64,000 nucleotides of DNA from Eledone cirrhosa (Eukaryota): NCBI GenBank assembly GCA_964016885.1, contig OZ024747.1:68634001-68698000 (forward strand), read 5' to 3'. Both the position numbers and the translations under genes were made by a program. Below, one piece after another: positions 35,595 through 47,585 of the stretch. The stretch's first letter is position 1; the number at the start of each line of letters is the position of its first letter. The notes below the pieces were generated by a model. That model was given only the letters and a program-made list of their open reading frames with translations, did not search any database and was not told the origin of the DNA.

Positions 35595-38500
35595 ATTGGA
35601 ATAAATGCTCTGAAATAGCGATATATATGTGAATATAGACATAGGATATTCGAAAATATTCTGTATGTTTATAATAAACATTTTGAAGACCTAATCGCTA
35701 TAGAATAGAATACGTCACGTATTACAATTAGATTCTCGATAAAAGCAAGGGAAGTAATCTACGCGTTTCATTCTCGTTAGAAATCATCAGGACTACATAT
35801 CCAGTGCTTTTATCGAGAATGACACAGCTAGAGACTTATAGAATACTTAGCTGTGTACAGGAACTGGTTTGAAAGAGCGGTTGCCGGTCCGGCAGAAATT
35901 AGAAATTGGAATAAATGCTCTGAAATAGCGATATATATGTGAATATAGACATAGGATATTCGAAAATATTCTGTATGTTTATAATAAACATTTTGAAGAC
36001 CTAATCGCTATAGAATAGAATACGTCACGTATTACAATTAGATTCTCGATAAAAGCAAGGGAAGTAATCTACGCGTTTCATTCTCGTTAGAAATCATCAG
36101 GACTACATATCCAGTGCTTTTATCGAGAATGACACAGCTAGAGACTTATAGAATACTTAGCTGTGTACAGGAACTGGTTTGAAAGAGCGGTTGCCGGTCC
36201 GGCAGAAATTAGAAATTGGAATAAATGCTCTGAAATAGCGATATATATGTGAATATAGACATAGGATATTCGAAAATATTCTGTATGTTTATAATAAACA
36301 TTTTGAAGACCTAATCGCTATAGAATAGAATACGTCACGTATTACAATTAGATTCTCGATAAAAGCAAGGGAAGTAATCTACGCGTTTCATTCTCGTTAG
36401 AAATCATCAGGACTACATATCCAGTGCTTTTATCGAGAATGACACAGCTAGAGACTTATAGAATACTTAGCTGTGTACAGGAACTGGTTTGAAAGAGCGG
36501 TTGCCGGTCCGGCAGAAATTAGAAATTGGAATAAATGCTCTGAAATAGCGATATATATGTGAATATAGACATAGGATATTCGAAAATATTCTGTATGTTT
36601 ATAATAAACATTTTGAAGACCTAATCGCTATAGAATAGAATACGTCACGTATTACAATTAGATTCTCGATAAAAGCAAGGGAAGTAATCTACGCGTTTCA
36701 TTCTCGTTAGAAATCATCAGGACTACATATCCAGTGCTTTTATCGAGAATGACACAGCTAGAGACTTATAGAATACTTAGCTGTGTACAGGAACTGGTTT
36801 GAAAGAGCGGTTGCCGGTCCGGCAGAAATTAGAAATTGGAATAAATGCTCTGAAATAGCGATATATATGTGAATATAGACATAGGATATTCGAAAATATT
36901 CTGTATGTTTATAATAAACATTTTGAAGACCTAATCGCTATAGAATAGAATACGTCACGTATTACAATTAGATTCTCGATAAAAGCAAGGGAAGTAATCT
37001 ACGCGTTTCATTCTCGTTAGAAATCATCAGGACTACATATCCAGTGCTTTTATCGAGAATGACACAGCTAGAGACTTATAGAATACTTAGCTGTGTACAG
37101 GAACTGGTTTGAAAGAGCGGTTGCCGGTCCGGCAGAAATTAGAAATTGGAATAAATGCTCTGAAATAGCGATATATATGTGAATATAGACATAGGATATT
37201 CGAAAATATTCTGTATGTTTATAATAAACATTTTGAAGACCTAATCGCTATAGAATAGAATACGTCACGTATTACAATTAGATTCTCGATAAAAGCAAGG
37301 GAAGTAATCTACGCGTTTCATTCTCGTTAGAAATCATCAGGACTACATATCCAGTGCTTTTATCGAGAATGACACAGCTAGAGACTTATAGAATACTTAG
37401 CTGTGTACAGGAACTGGTTTGAAAGAGCGGTTGCCGGTCCGGCAGAAATTAGAAATTGGAATAAATGCTCTGAAATAGCGATATATATGTGAATATAGAC
37501 ATAGGATATTCGAAAATATTCTGTATGTTTATAATAAACATTTTGAAGACCTAATCGCTATAGAATAGAATACGTCACGTATTACAATTAGATTCTCGAT
37601 AAAAGCAAGGGAAGTAATCTACGCGTTTCATTCTCGTTAGAAATCATCGCTATAGAATAGAATACGCGTTATACGCGTTTCATTCTCGTTAGAAATCATC
37701 GCTATAGAATAGAATACGTCACGTATTACAATTAGATTCTCGATAAAAGCAAGGGAAGTAATCTACGCGTTTCATTCTCGTTAGAAATCATCAGGACTAC
37801 ATATCCAGTGCTTTTATCGAGACTACATATCCAGTGCTTTTATCGAGAATCTAATTGTAATACGTGACGTATTCTATTCTATAGCGATTAGGTCTTCAAA
37901 ATGTTTATTATAAACATACAGAATATTTTCGAATATCCTATGTCTATATTCACATATATATCGCTATTTCAGAGCATTTATTCCAATTTCTAATTTCTGC
38001 CGGACCGGCAACCGCTCTTTCAAACCAGTTCCTGTACACAGCTAAGTATTCTATAAGTCTCTAGCTGTGTCATTCTCGATAAAAGCACTGGATATGTAGT
38101 CCTGATGATTTCTAACGAGAATGAAACGCGTAGATTACTTCCCTTGCTTTTATCGAGAATCTAATTGTAATACGTGACGTATTCTATTCTATAGCGATTA
38201 GGTCTTCAAAATGTTTATTATAAACATACAGAATATTTTCGAATATCCTATGTCTATATTCACATATATATCGCTATTTCAGAGCATTTATTCCAATTTC
38301 TAATTTCTGCCGGACCGGCAACCGCTCTTTCAAACCAGTTCCTGTACACAGCTAAGTATTCTATAAGTCTCTAGCTGTGTCATTCTCGATAAAAGCACTG
38401 GATATGTAGTCCTGATGATTTCTAACGAGAATGAAACGCGTAGATTACTTCCCTTGCTTTTATCGAGAATCTAATTGTAATACGTGACGTATTCTATTCT

Positions 38501-38866
38501 ATAGCGATTAGGTCTTCAAAATGTTTATTATAAACATACAGAATATTTTCGAATATCCTATGTCTATATTCACATATATATCGCTATTTCAGAGCATTTA
38601 TTCCAATTTCTAATTTCTGCCGGACCGGCAACCGCTCTTTCAAACCAGTTCCTGTACACAGCTAAGTATTCTATAAGTCTCTAGCTGTGTCATTCTCGAT
38701 AAAAGCACTGGATATGTAGTCCTGATGATTTCTAACGAGAATGAAACGCGTAGATTACTTCCCTTGCTTTTATCGAGAATCTAATTGTAATACGTGACGT
38801 ATTCTATTCTATAGCGATTAGGTCTTCAAAATGTTTATTATAAACATACAGAATATTTTCGAATAT
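35595..38866. repeat. 310-bp tandem array with one hammerhead per unit (retrozyme-like), internally inverted
   Basis: Units start at 35595, 35905, 36215, 36525, 36835, 37145 and 37455. Scrambled junction at 37649-37850. About 3.3 reverse-complement units follow to 38866. Flanked by (TA)n. Confidence 0.95.
38072..38160 (+). ncRNA. Representative array hammerhead (also 38382-38470, 38692-38780 on +; 35732-35820 and every 310 bp to 37370, plus about 37735-37822, on -)
   Basis: ATTCTCGATAAAAGCA..GTAGTC CTGATGA TTTCT AACG AGAAT GAAA CGCG TA GATTAC..TGCTTTTATCGAGAAT. Predicted cleavage after GUA at 38132. Confidence 0.88.
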
Positions 38867-38897
38867 ATATTTATATATATATACACACACACATATA

Positions 38898-39722
38898 TCA
38901 TCATCATCATCATCATCATCGGTTAACGTTCATCTTTTGTGCTAGCATGGGTTAGACGGTTTTGTTCCATTTGATGAAGGAATGGTCGGGAGACTGTGTC
39001 TCGCTCGCACGGAAGCATCTCTGGCAGGTTTTTTTACAGTTGTATGCCCTTCCTAACACCAACCACATTTACAGTGTGGACTGGGAGCCTTTTCACTGTG
39101 TCTCCTACACGACCACCTTACAGTGTAGACTGTTGTGTCATCAACACACTGGATGGAACGGGAGAGGGAGGGTGGAGTAGGGTGTGTGTGTGTGTGTGTG
39201 GGGGGGGGGGGGGCATTGGGTTAAGAGGTGCCTACTGACTGTAGGTTTGTATGCAATAGCAGTCGGGTCTTCTAGACAACTGCATGGTGCCAAAGATCTC
39301 GATCCAGTGTCATTGTCTTAGAGAGGTGTAGGTGGGCAAGGTCAGTTTTTATCACCTTGTCCCAGGTTTTTCTGGGTCTACCCACTCCGCAGCTTCCATC
39401 AATTTTGATTGCCCTGCACTTTTTTATACAGCTGTCGTCCTTCATACGAATCACATGTCCATACCAACGCAATCTCCTCTCCAGAACACAGCATTTGATA
39501 CCTCTTATGCTTAGTCTCTCGCTTAACTCGTTTATGCTTCGCCTTTCATGCACATTACTATTACACATCCATCAGAGCATGCAAGCTTCATTTCTTTTTA
39601 ATCTACGCAGGTTTTCAGCACACAATGCCCAGGTCTCACTACTGTATAATATCACCGTTTGTTTGTATACATGCCTTATACAATCTGCCTTTCATTTTTA
39701 GAGAAAAACCCCTTGTGGCCAA
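38898..39722 (-). mobile_element. 5'-truncated RTE LINE (related subfamily)
   Basis: ORF 39272-39568 RRLRWYGHV...GRPRKTW and (TCA)n tail. Confidence 0.88.
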
Positions 39723-39750
39723 CACATATATATATATATATATTGTTATA

Positions 39751-39896
39751 TATTGTTATACTTTGGGAGGGTCATCTTGCCAATAAGAAACACACGTGTG
39801 TTTCTTATTGGCAACATGACCCTCCCAAAGTATAACAATATCGGTTTCAACACACATTTTCAGATAAAGAATCTTGCTAAACAAATTCAGAAACAA
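39751..39896. mobile_element. Fold-back mini-derivative of the PLE terminus
   Basis: Same two termini as 31415-34364, but the hairpin is centred on CACACGTGTG. In (TA)n. Confidence 0.85.
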
Positions 39897-39931
39897 AATA
39901 TATATATGTATATATATATATATCTCTCTCT

Positions 39932-40227
39932 CTAAGGCGGGTAAAATTCCCGAGATCCATGGACGAGTTCTCTCCAGCGGTCTCTGTCCCTCATTATCGC
40001 TGCCATGTCCTGCGTCTCCAACAGACCAGTGTCTGACCTTAGGGCATCAACATACGTTAACCTTGGTCTTCCTCTTCTAGTGTGTCCATGTAGGGGCTCC
40101 CAAAGGAGTACTGAGTGCAATGTCAACTCTGGATGTCGGTGAGCATGTCCAGCTAACATCAGTCTCCTCTGTGTCACTTTTGAGCTGACTTTTGGGATGC
40201 TCCCATACAGCTCTGAGTTTTTCGTCC
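39932..40227 (-). mobile_element. RTE-clade LINE 3' fragment, third family
   Basis: RRLMLAGHAHRHPEL...LWEPLHGHTRRGRPRLTYVD...DRDRWR. Confidence 0.75.
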
Positions 40228-40679
40228 TCAGTGTATACTGATTAATGTATATATATTAGGAAAGAAGCCTATTGTTAGATTATACCAATGAAAATATGGT
40301 TCCATTGGTATTTCCATTGTTAAAACTCTGTTGGTTGTAGCTCCTCGTAGAAGGAGCAATGTTAAAGTATTTTGTACCCTACTAGTTACTATATATACAT
40401 GGAAAGAATGAATCATCAGAAGGAAAATAAAAGACATAGACAGTCTCAATTAAACAATATATAAGAATACGTGAATGTATAAAAGCAGAGCAGAGTAAGA
40501 AAGGTAGATAGATAGATAGATATAAAGGCTGGTAAGTAGGTAGGTGGATAGATATATAGATTGAGAGATAGATATACATATTGAGAGGGAGAAAGAGAGA
40601 GAGAAGGGGGAGGGATATAAATAAATTAAGTAGATTGTGTGTGATATATGTAGAAACTGATGTCGGTGATAATGATGCT

Positions 40680-40831
40680 GGTGGTGGTGGTGGTGGTGGT
40701 AGAGGTTGTAGTGGTGGTGGTAGTGGTAGTTGTGGTGGTTGTGGTGGTTGTGGTGGTAGTGGTAGTTGTGGTGGTTGTGGTTGTGGTGGTTGTGGTGGTA
40801 GTGGTGGTGGTTGTGGTTGTGGTTGTGGTGG
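40680..40831. repeat. (GGT/TGT/AGT)n microsatellite
   Basis: Direct reading. Explains the poly-V, poly-G and poly-H ORFs. Confidence 0.92.
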
Positions 40832-41305
40832 GTCAACTGTTGCAGCTGATGATAGTGGTGAAACGGAAGCTGAAGGGAAGAACCATATGTGAAATAGAAG
40901 AAAGACGATTCTGAAAATTTCCGATTACAATGGATCTTGTCTGAGAGGTTTATAAACAACAACAATAACAACAACAGCATCAATAATAACTGTTTTTAAC
41001 GGATACCAAGCAAGAAATTTGTTGGGGAAGGGGTTAATCAATTAAATTGAACCAGTACACCACTGGTACTTTATTTTATTGACCTCAGAAGGATGTAGTA
41101 CAAATCTGACTTGGGCCGGCGCACTCTCTGCGGTCACTTTTGTTAGAAATCGTAGTTATGTTTCACTCAAATCCCAACACACCGCCTTAAGTATGGAAGG
41201 AGCACATTAGGTAAAAACGTAATGGTCACAGCTGAAATACATTTGACAGGTGTATTTGATCAGGGTTGACCGGGGATTAAAAAATAACTAAATATAAACT
41301 AGGGA

Positions 41306-42151
41306 TAGCGGCGTGCAGAGCTCTGGTAATGTCCGGGGTGAATCTTGATTGTATGCCCCAAAGACTCAAGTATAAGGCCTAATATACTGAGAAATATTAT
41401 GAGAAAGGAAAATATTTTGAATATATAAACACAGATGAAACATGAAATAAACGCTTTATTAGATTTTAATATAAACTAGTAGAATGGCCCGGCGTTGCTC
41501 GGGATTCTAAACATAGATTGGCATGTTTATCCCTCTTTTCTGAAACAGTACAGAGAAGTACAGAATACCTCGTGAAATAAATACCTTTGTTTATATTTTG
41601 ATTTTGCAAAATATCAATCTGTGAACGCAGAAGTAGATATTTCGAAAAACACTGCGACCGAAGGAAAACAGGAAGACGATACTTTGGTTCGTGAAGACGT
41701 TCCCTGGCAATGAACGAAAAATAGCGAAGATAATACGTCAGCAATGAGAACAATATATATATACACACACAGATAGAGAAGTCAAGGTTTTCATGATGTC
41801 GTAATGCAGACAGATATTATAAGGGCACGATGTTTTAGCTATGTATCTATCTAAAAAGACAGACTAAAAAGAGAGAGAGAGATTACTAAATCCCTAATGC
41901 TGTCCATAGGGCATTGAAAATTTGAAATATGTTTTGCTTAAAACACTCACACGACCATAAGTATTACATGTGTAAAGTTTGAAAAAAAGCGGTTGGGTGG
42001 TTCTCGAGTGTTAGGGAGACAGTCAGACAGACATTCTCTGTTTTAGATATCAATCAAATTTATTAAGTTGTTTTCCCCAAATGATGCACCCATCCAAAAG
42101 ATGCCCGGGGCCAACGCACCGTGCCCCCCCCCCCACCCATGTACGCTACTG
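41306..42151. mobile_element. hAT non-autonomous element with nested Helitron
   Basis: Perfect 8-bp TSD ACTAGGGA (41298-41305, 42152-42159). TIR TAGCGGCGTGCA / TGTACGCTACTG. Confidence 0.75.
41476..42048 (-). mobile_element. Non-autonomous Helitron
   Basis: A|CTAG end with CCCGGCGTTGCTCGGG hairpin, ACAG repeats near the other end. Confidence 0.65.
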
Positions 42152-42614
42152 ACTAGGGAGCTTTCTAGGTGATCACTCTACCTGTTAGAAACAGCAGCCA
42201 AATCTGCTTTAAATCACACCCTAATATCCCTGAAAAAGAAAAAGGAAAAATAGGAAAAGCACTCTGGATAACGTAGTTTCAGGTATTTCGTTTAAACAAA
42301 AGACCGACTGGTAACGGCTGGAAGATCTGTGACTAAACAATGTGTGAGACCAGAGACTTGACTTGGAGCTAAACAAGAGAGGGAGGGGAAATATTGTTTT
42401 GCTATTGGATAGCTTACCTGTGTAAAGAAAGAGAAAGAGAGGGAGAATCGATCTTGATACCGTACACTTTCTTCACCACCACCAGCGTTGCCACTGTCAA
42501 CACTACCAGCATCTCCTCTACCACCATCCCCACCAACATACCTCCACTATCATTGAAACTGTAAGCCGCAACAGTGGTAGCACCATCATTATCACTACAC
42601 ACACACATATTTAT

Positions 42615-42648
<34 letters not shown>

Positions 42649-44694
42649 TGTTGGTAAATTGCTCATGTATAACAACGCACTACATTCACACACAAACACA
42701 AACATAACATCTCGACATACATACACACACAATCACGCTACAATATAACAAACTACACGTGAAACAATTTACTTTCTGATTGATTCAACTGTGGAAATTA
42801 TCGGAGACAAGAAACAAAATAATGACACATCAAGAAAATACTATTATATTAACGTGTTTTCTATTTATATTACTGGAAAATAAATAGTATAATATTTTGA
42901 CAATTAAAACAAGCTGTGTGATTTCTAAACAACGATGTTAACCCCAGAGAGCAACGTCGCTGAAAAAAACCGTGCGCAATCACATGTTTGGGGTAAGTTC
43001 GTTGTTTTGTTTAGAAACTTTTTCATTTTATTACAATTGTATACATTTACAGTAGAATGACATGGTAAATATGTTTTAAATATATACATAAATAACATTA
43101 TCAATGCGTAAATAACATTATAAATTGTTCGCAATTCATTCAGAAGGACATTACAAATATAATGTCTAAACCGTGTATAATAACACAATAATATAAATTC
43201 ATTGAACAAAAATGATAAAAGAAAGAAAAAAAAAGAAGAAAAAAGAGGAGGGGCGGCATTGACTACCAAGTGCGATAATCGGCCGCACCGCACACTTTAG
43301 GGGTTAACTACAGACTTGAGGCAAGCCAACACGCTCGCAGCATTACAAAGGGTGATGGCGAGGCTAAGGTTTTGTTTTGTTCGGTAGTTTTCAATTAGTC
43401 AACTTAATTCACAATTGTATAAATAATATTTACAAATAAAAAAAAAAAGAAGAGGAAAAGAAAGAAAACACACACACACAAGCAGGTAATACACACATCT
43501 TGGACCACATGTATTAAAAAGTAAGCGAAAGGGGTGGACAAACGCTGCCTGAACAAAAGATAACAATATTATAAGAAGGAGCTAAAGTACCAGTCACGCA
43601 CTGAGATCGATTTAATCGACTTTCCCCTCCCCCAAAATCACTGGCCTTGTGCCTATATAAGAAACCAATATTATAAGAAGGAGCACTATGCTCCAACTTG
43701 GGCTTTGATGTGATGGCTAAACAAATCGAATAATTAAAGAACTAACCCCAAAAAAGGAAAAAAATGGTTGACAAAATGGTTCATTGAAGAAATTGTCTTG
43801 TGGGTATTTTGTTCCAATCTTTTACATTCTGATTTCAAATCCTGCTGAAGTGATGTCCACTTTACTTTTCATCCTTTCGTCGATAAGATAACGTACCTGT
43901 TACTACTGGCACTGATTTAAATTCCATTATTGTTATATCATTATACATGATAGAATTGGGACCCTTATTATTAAAACACTTAACCTCACAGAAGTCTGAC
44001 TAAACCTACGCAAGTGTGAGCCATATCAACAGCAAACACATTGTTGCTTCTACCTGATAAATTAAGATAGACAATAATTGTTTCTACTTTTGGCACAAGG
44101 TCAGCAATTATCCCAGCGTATTACTGGTACTTTATTTTATCGACCCCGTAAGGATGAAAGGCAGTTATTGTTGGGGGTTATGGGTTAATTCAAATTTTCT
44201 TTTCAGTTTGTATGGCTGTTAATCTGGAGTTAATTAATTACAGAAAACTGGTTGAATTAACCCTAACCCAAAAACTCTAACACTTAATCCCAACCATAAA
44301 CCCTTAAGTTAATCCCTAACCCTAACCCCTAACCCAAATCCTTAAACCTAACCACAACCCTAATTTGAAATAAATTAGCTTGGATTATATTATTGTCTTA
44401 TATCAATTTACCATGGGGCAGTGTGCATTCTGGAGAAGTCTCCAAATATCATATTCCGATAATGGATCACAGATGTGATTGGAATTACAATAAAAGATAT
44501 TTCTTTTCTTACAAGGGTTATTGTTTAGATATAACCATAACTCCAAGGAAACGTCTACTAAAGAACTTTTTTCCTTCCCTTTCTTCCCCCTTTTCTCTCT
44601 CCCTTTTCTCCCTTCATTCCTCTCTTTCCCTTCTCCCTCACCCTCATTTTCTATATTTATTTTAATTTTATATATTATCATTAATTGTTAGTAA

Positions 44695-45452
44695 AGCCGG
44701 CTGCCCTGAGGACGGTCGCCAGGTATTGATGGTCAACCCTATCGAAAGCCTTCGATTGATCTAAATCAGGGGTGTGCAACATATTCCATTGGCGGGGGGC
44801 CACTTTTGAACATTGGAACAACTATTAGGGCCATTAATATTTATTAAGCATTCCAAAGATTCGCCACAACTTCTTTCCATAACATGGAACTGGGAAATTA
44901 TAACACACATAACCCTATCAGTGAAGCCCTTTAGTATAGGTCAACTGGGAAACTATAACACACACAACCCTATCAGTGAAGCCCTTTAGTATAGGTCAAC
45001 AGAAAATTGTATTACGCTTACGAAAAAATTCTAAATAAGCCTACAAGGTAAAAATCATTGTGGGCCACTCTGACTGATTTGGCAGGTCAGATTGTGGTCC
45101 ACGGGCTGCCTGTTGCACGCTCCTGATCTAAATTGATCAGGACTCCGCCAATGCCAGGTTCCTTAGCTACCCTCTCTATGATGTATTGCATGAGGTAGAG
45201 GTTGTCTTGGATGGATCTCTTGGGAATGGCGCATGTCTGCGCTTCTCCCACAAGACTCCCGACGACAAGTGCCAACCTTGTTGCTAATATCTTGACCAAA
45301 ATTTTGAACTCTGCGTTCAGCAGGGTTATGGCCCTGAAATTATCTACATTGTACTCTTTATTTGGGTCCTTTCTCAGCAGTGCCACCACTCCTCGGCTCA
45401 CAGAGCTGGGAATTCTCTCGATCTGCTGCCAGTTGCAGTAGCCATCTACCAA
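44695..45452 (-). mobile_element. L1/Tx1-clade RT fragment split by a hAT insertion
   Basis: NFRAITLLNAEFKIL...GVLINLD continues after the insert as QSKAFDRVDHQYL. Confidence 0.85.
44767..45125. mobile_element. hAT-Charlie-like MITE
   Basis: Perfect TSD ATCTAAAT. TIR CAGGGGTGTGCAAC / GTTGCACGCTCCTG. Internal tandem duplication of about 55 bp. Confidence 0.88.
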
Positions 45453-45975
45453 GAGGTCTATTATCATTAATACTATTATTATATACGAGGTTAATGAAAT
45501 AAAGTACCAGTAATGCACTGGGGTTGATTTAATTTACTTTCCCCTCCCATTCAAATTGCTGGCCGTGTGTCTATAGTAGAAACAATTATTATTATTAAGT
45601 TTTTTTCTCTCACTTCTTTTCTCTTTCTTTTCTGATGCAAATCCTCGAGGAATCCAGCCTCTACATCCCCAGAACCCCTTTCAATCATGTTTATTTCAAT
45701 ATTTTAAACTTATTTTTATCCTTTTATTTACAACCCCTAAAAAACAATTTTGTTCTCTTGATACAAGGGGTAAACACACACACACACACACACATACCAT
45801 GAGACAAAAGATCAATTCTATATCCACACCTAAACTGACCTTTCATCACAATTAAACCCACTTTACCCCCCCCCCATTAAAAATGCCATCTGGCCATTAA
45901 TATTAATTGTAAGAACACTTTCTATTTTTTACCAAGAGGATTCAGTTGAACCCCACCTCCACCTTCACCACCACA

Positions 45976-46274
45976 CACAGGCGTAACTAGAGTATGGCAA
46001 GCATGGCATGTGCCATGGGGGGTCACATGAAGGAGGCGCCACTTGGACTAGGAGCACGTTCTATTAAAGTCAAATAAGCCTCGTTGGAGAGTGAAAATAG
46101 AAACTCCTTCAGATGTATGATCTGTGTTTGATTATCAAGGGTGAGAACACTGTGGTGGCTGGATCATTAAACCATTTATATAAATTATTAGACCCATAGG
46201 GAAAAATACAGTGCTGGGCAGGGGTGCAATTTCACTGCTTGTCAGAGGTGCTATTTTCCCTAGTTAGGCCTCTG
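45976..46274. mobile_element. hAT MITE
   Basis: TIR CACAGGCGTAACTAG / CTAGTTAGGCCTCTG. TSD ccaccaca/ccaccaaa. Confidence 0.7.
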
Positions 46275-46599
46275 CCACCAAACCTTCATAAAGAGCATAT
46301 ATATAAAAATAAATTTTGACAGAAAACTCACATATATTTGAACTGCTCACAGAACACATGAAAAAACATAAAAAAAAAATTTAATATCTAATATTTGATA
46401 AGATTCTTATACCAATCGAAACCAGTTATATTTAATGAAACAATTATAAAATTATTCATTCTATCAGATTAAAGAAAACAATCTTTAAATATACTTCTGT
46501 GCATTTTCACCTTCACTTTTTAACTATAATCTTTGTTTTGTATAGAACTTTACCCCACTTTTTCAAGAGATGGCAACATGAATGGACCTGTTATTTTTC

Positions 46600-46780
46600 G
46601 CTAAAAACCTTTTTTTCAAATTCCACTCCACCTGTCCCTTCAATCTTTCTAATTTCTCATCCTTTCTTTTGATGAAGGACTAGCGCTTGAAACGTTAAGA
46701 ACCTCTTCCTGCTATTTCAAGCGTTAACCTAATATATTCCTGCCATATACTGTACCAATTGTGTTATTTCTGTTTACCTT
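46600..46780 (+). mobile_element. Dispersed repeat with decayed hammerhead (copies also near 52910-53050 and 62940-63112, reverse)
   Basis: Three mutually alignable copies. Inferred consensus CTT CTGATGA AGGAC TAGC GTCC GAAA CGT TA AGA. Confidence 0.65.
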
Positions 46781-46817
46781 TTACATACATATATACACAC
46801 ACACACACACACATATA

Positions 46818-47585
46818 TCATCATCATCATTTTACATCCATTTTTCCACGCTAGCATGGGTTAAACGAGTTGTCCTGTTGTGGGCAATGCTAGGTCAGGT
46901 GACCATGTCTTGCTCATACAGAACTGACTTTGGCTTAGCTTCTACAGCTGTCATCCTTCATATGCATCACATGTTCATACCAACATAATCTCCTCTCTTG
47001 CACACAGCATTTGATTCCTCTTATGCCAAGTTTCTCTCTCAGTTTGTTTGTTTTGTCATTCACATATATTACTATTACACATCCATTGGAGCATGCAAGC
47101 TTCATTTTTTTCCAATCTATGCAAAGTCTCACTACCATGCAACATTGCTGTTCATATGCATGCATCATACAGTCTGCCCTTCATTCTGAGGGAAAAGCCT
47201 TTTGTAGCCAGCAGTGGTAGTAGGTCCCCGAACTTCTTCCATCCCATTCTTTCCCTGGTTACTGCACTTTCAGCACATCCCCTCTGCTACTAATTCGGTT
47301 ACCCTGGTAGCAGAAACTGTTTACTCTTTCTACCAAGCCCTCCCAGAATTTGATAGTGCTTGTTTCCTGTAGTTGTTTGCTGCTTACTGCTTACTGTCGG
47401 TGCAACTGTTACATGTAAAACCTACATTTTTAGCTAAACTTCCTGAGATCCCACTACATCTCTTGTGTTCACATAGTTTGCGTAGAGGATGGAATTTCTC
47501 TCTACACCTTTCCTACATACTGAGTAAGGCCATTTCCCTGAGGGGATATGGGTTCTGTTTTCTCTTCTTTATCAAGTTGACTTTA
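46818..47585 (-). mobile_element. Degenerate RTE LINE 3' part
   Basis: LREKLGIRGIKCCVQERRL, PHD remnant, (TCA)n tail. Confidence 0.8.

Noticed and set aside
35595-38866. CRISPR array
   Set aside because: Units are identical over 310 bp with no unique spacers, the context is eukaryotic, and there are no cas genes.
40450-40983. His-rich, Gly/Cys-rich and poly-Val ORFs
   Set aside because: All three arise from one trinucleotide microsatellite. No splice or start support was seen.
44259-44362. Interstitial telomere (CCCTAA)n
   Set aside because: Short and highly degenerate, more likely the internal repeat of a non-autonomous element.
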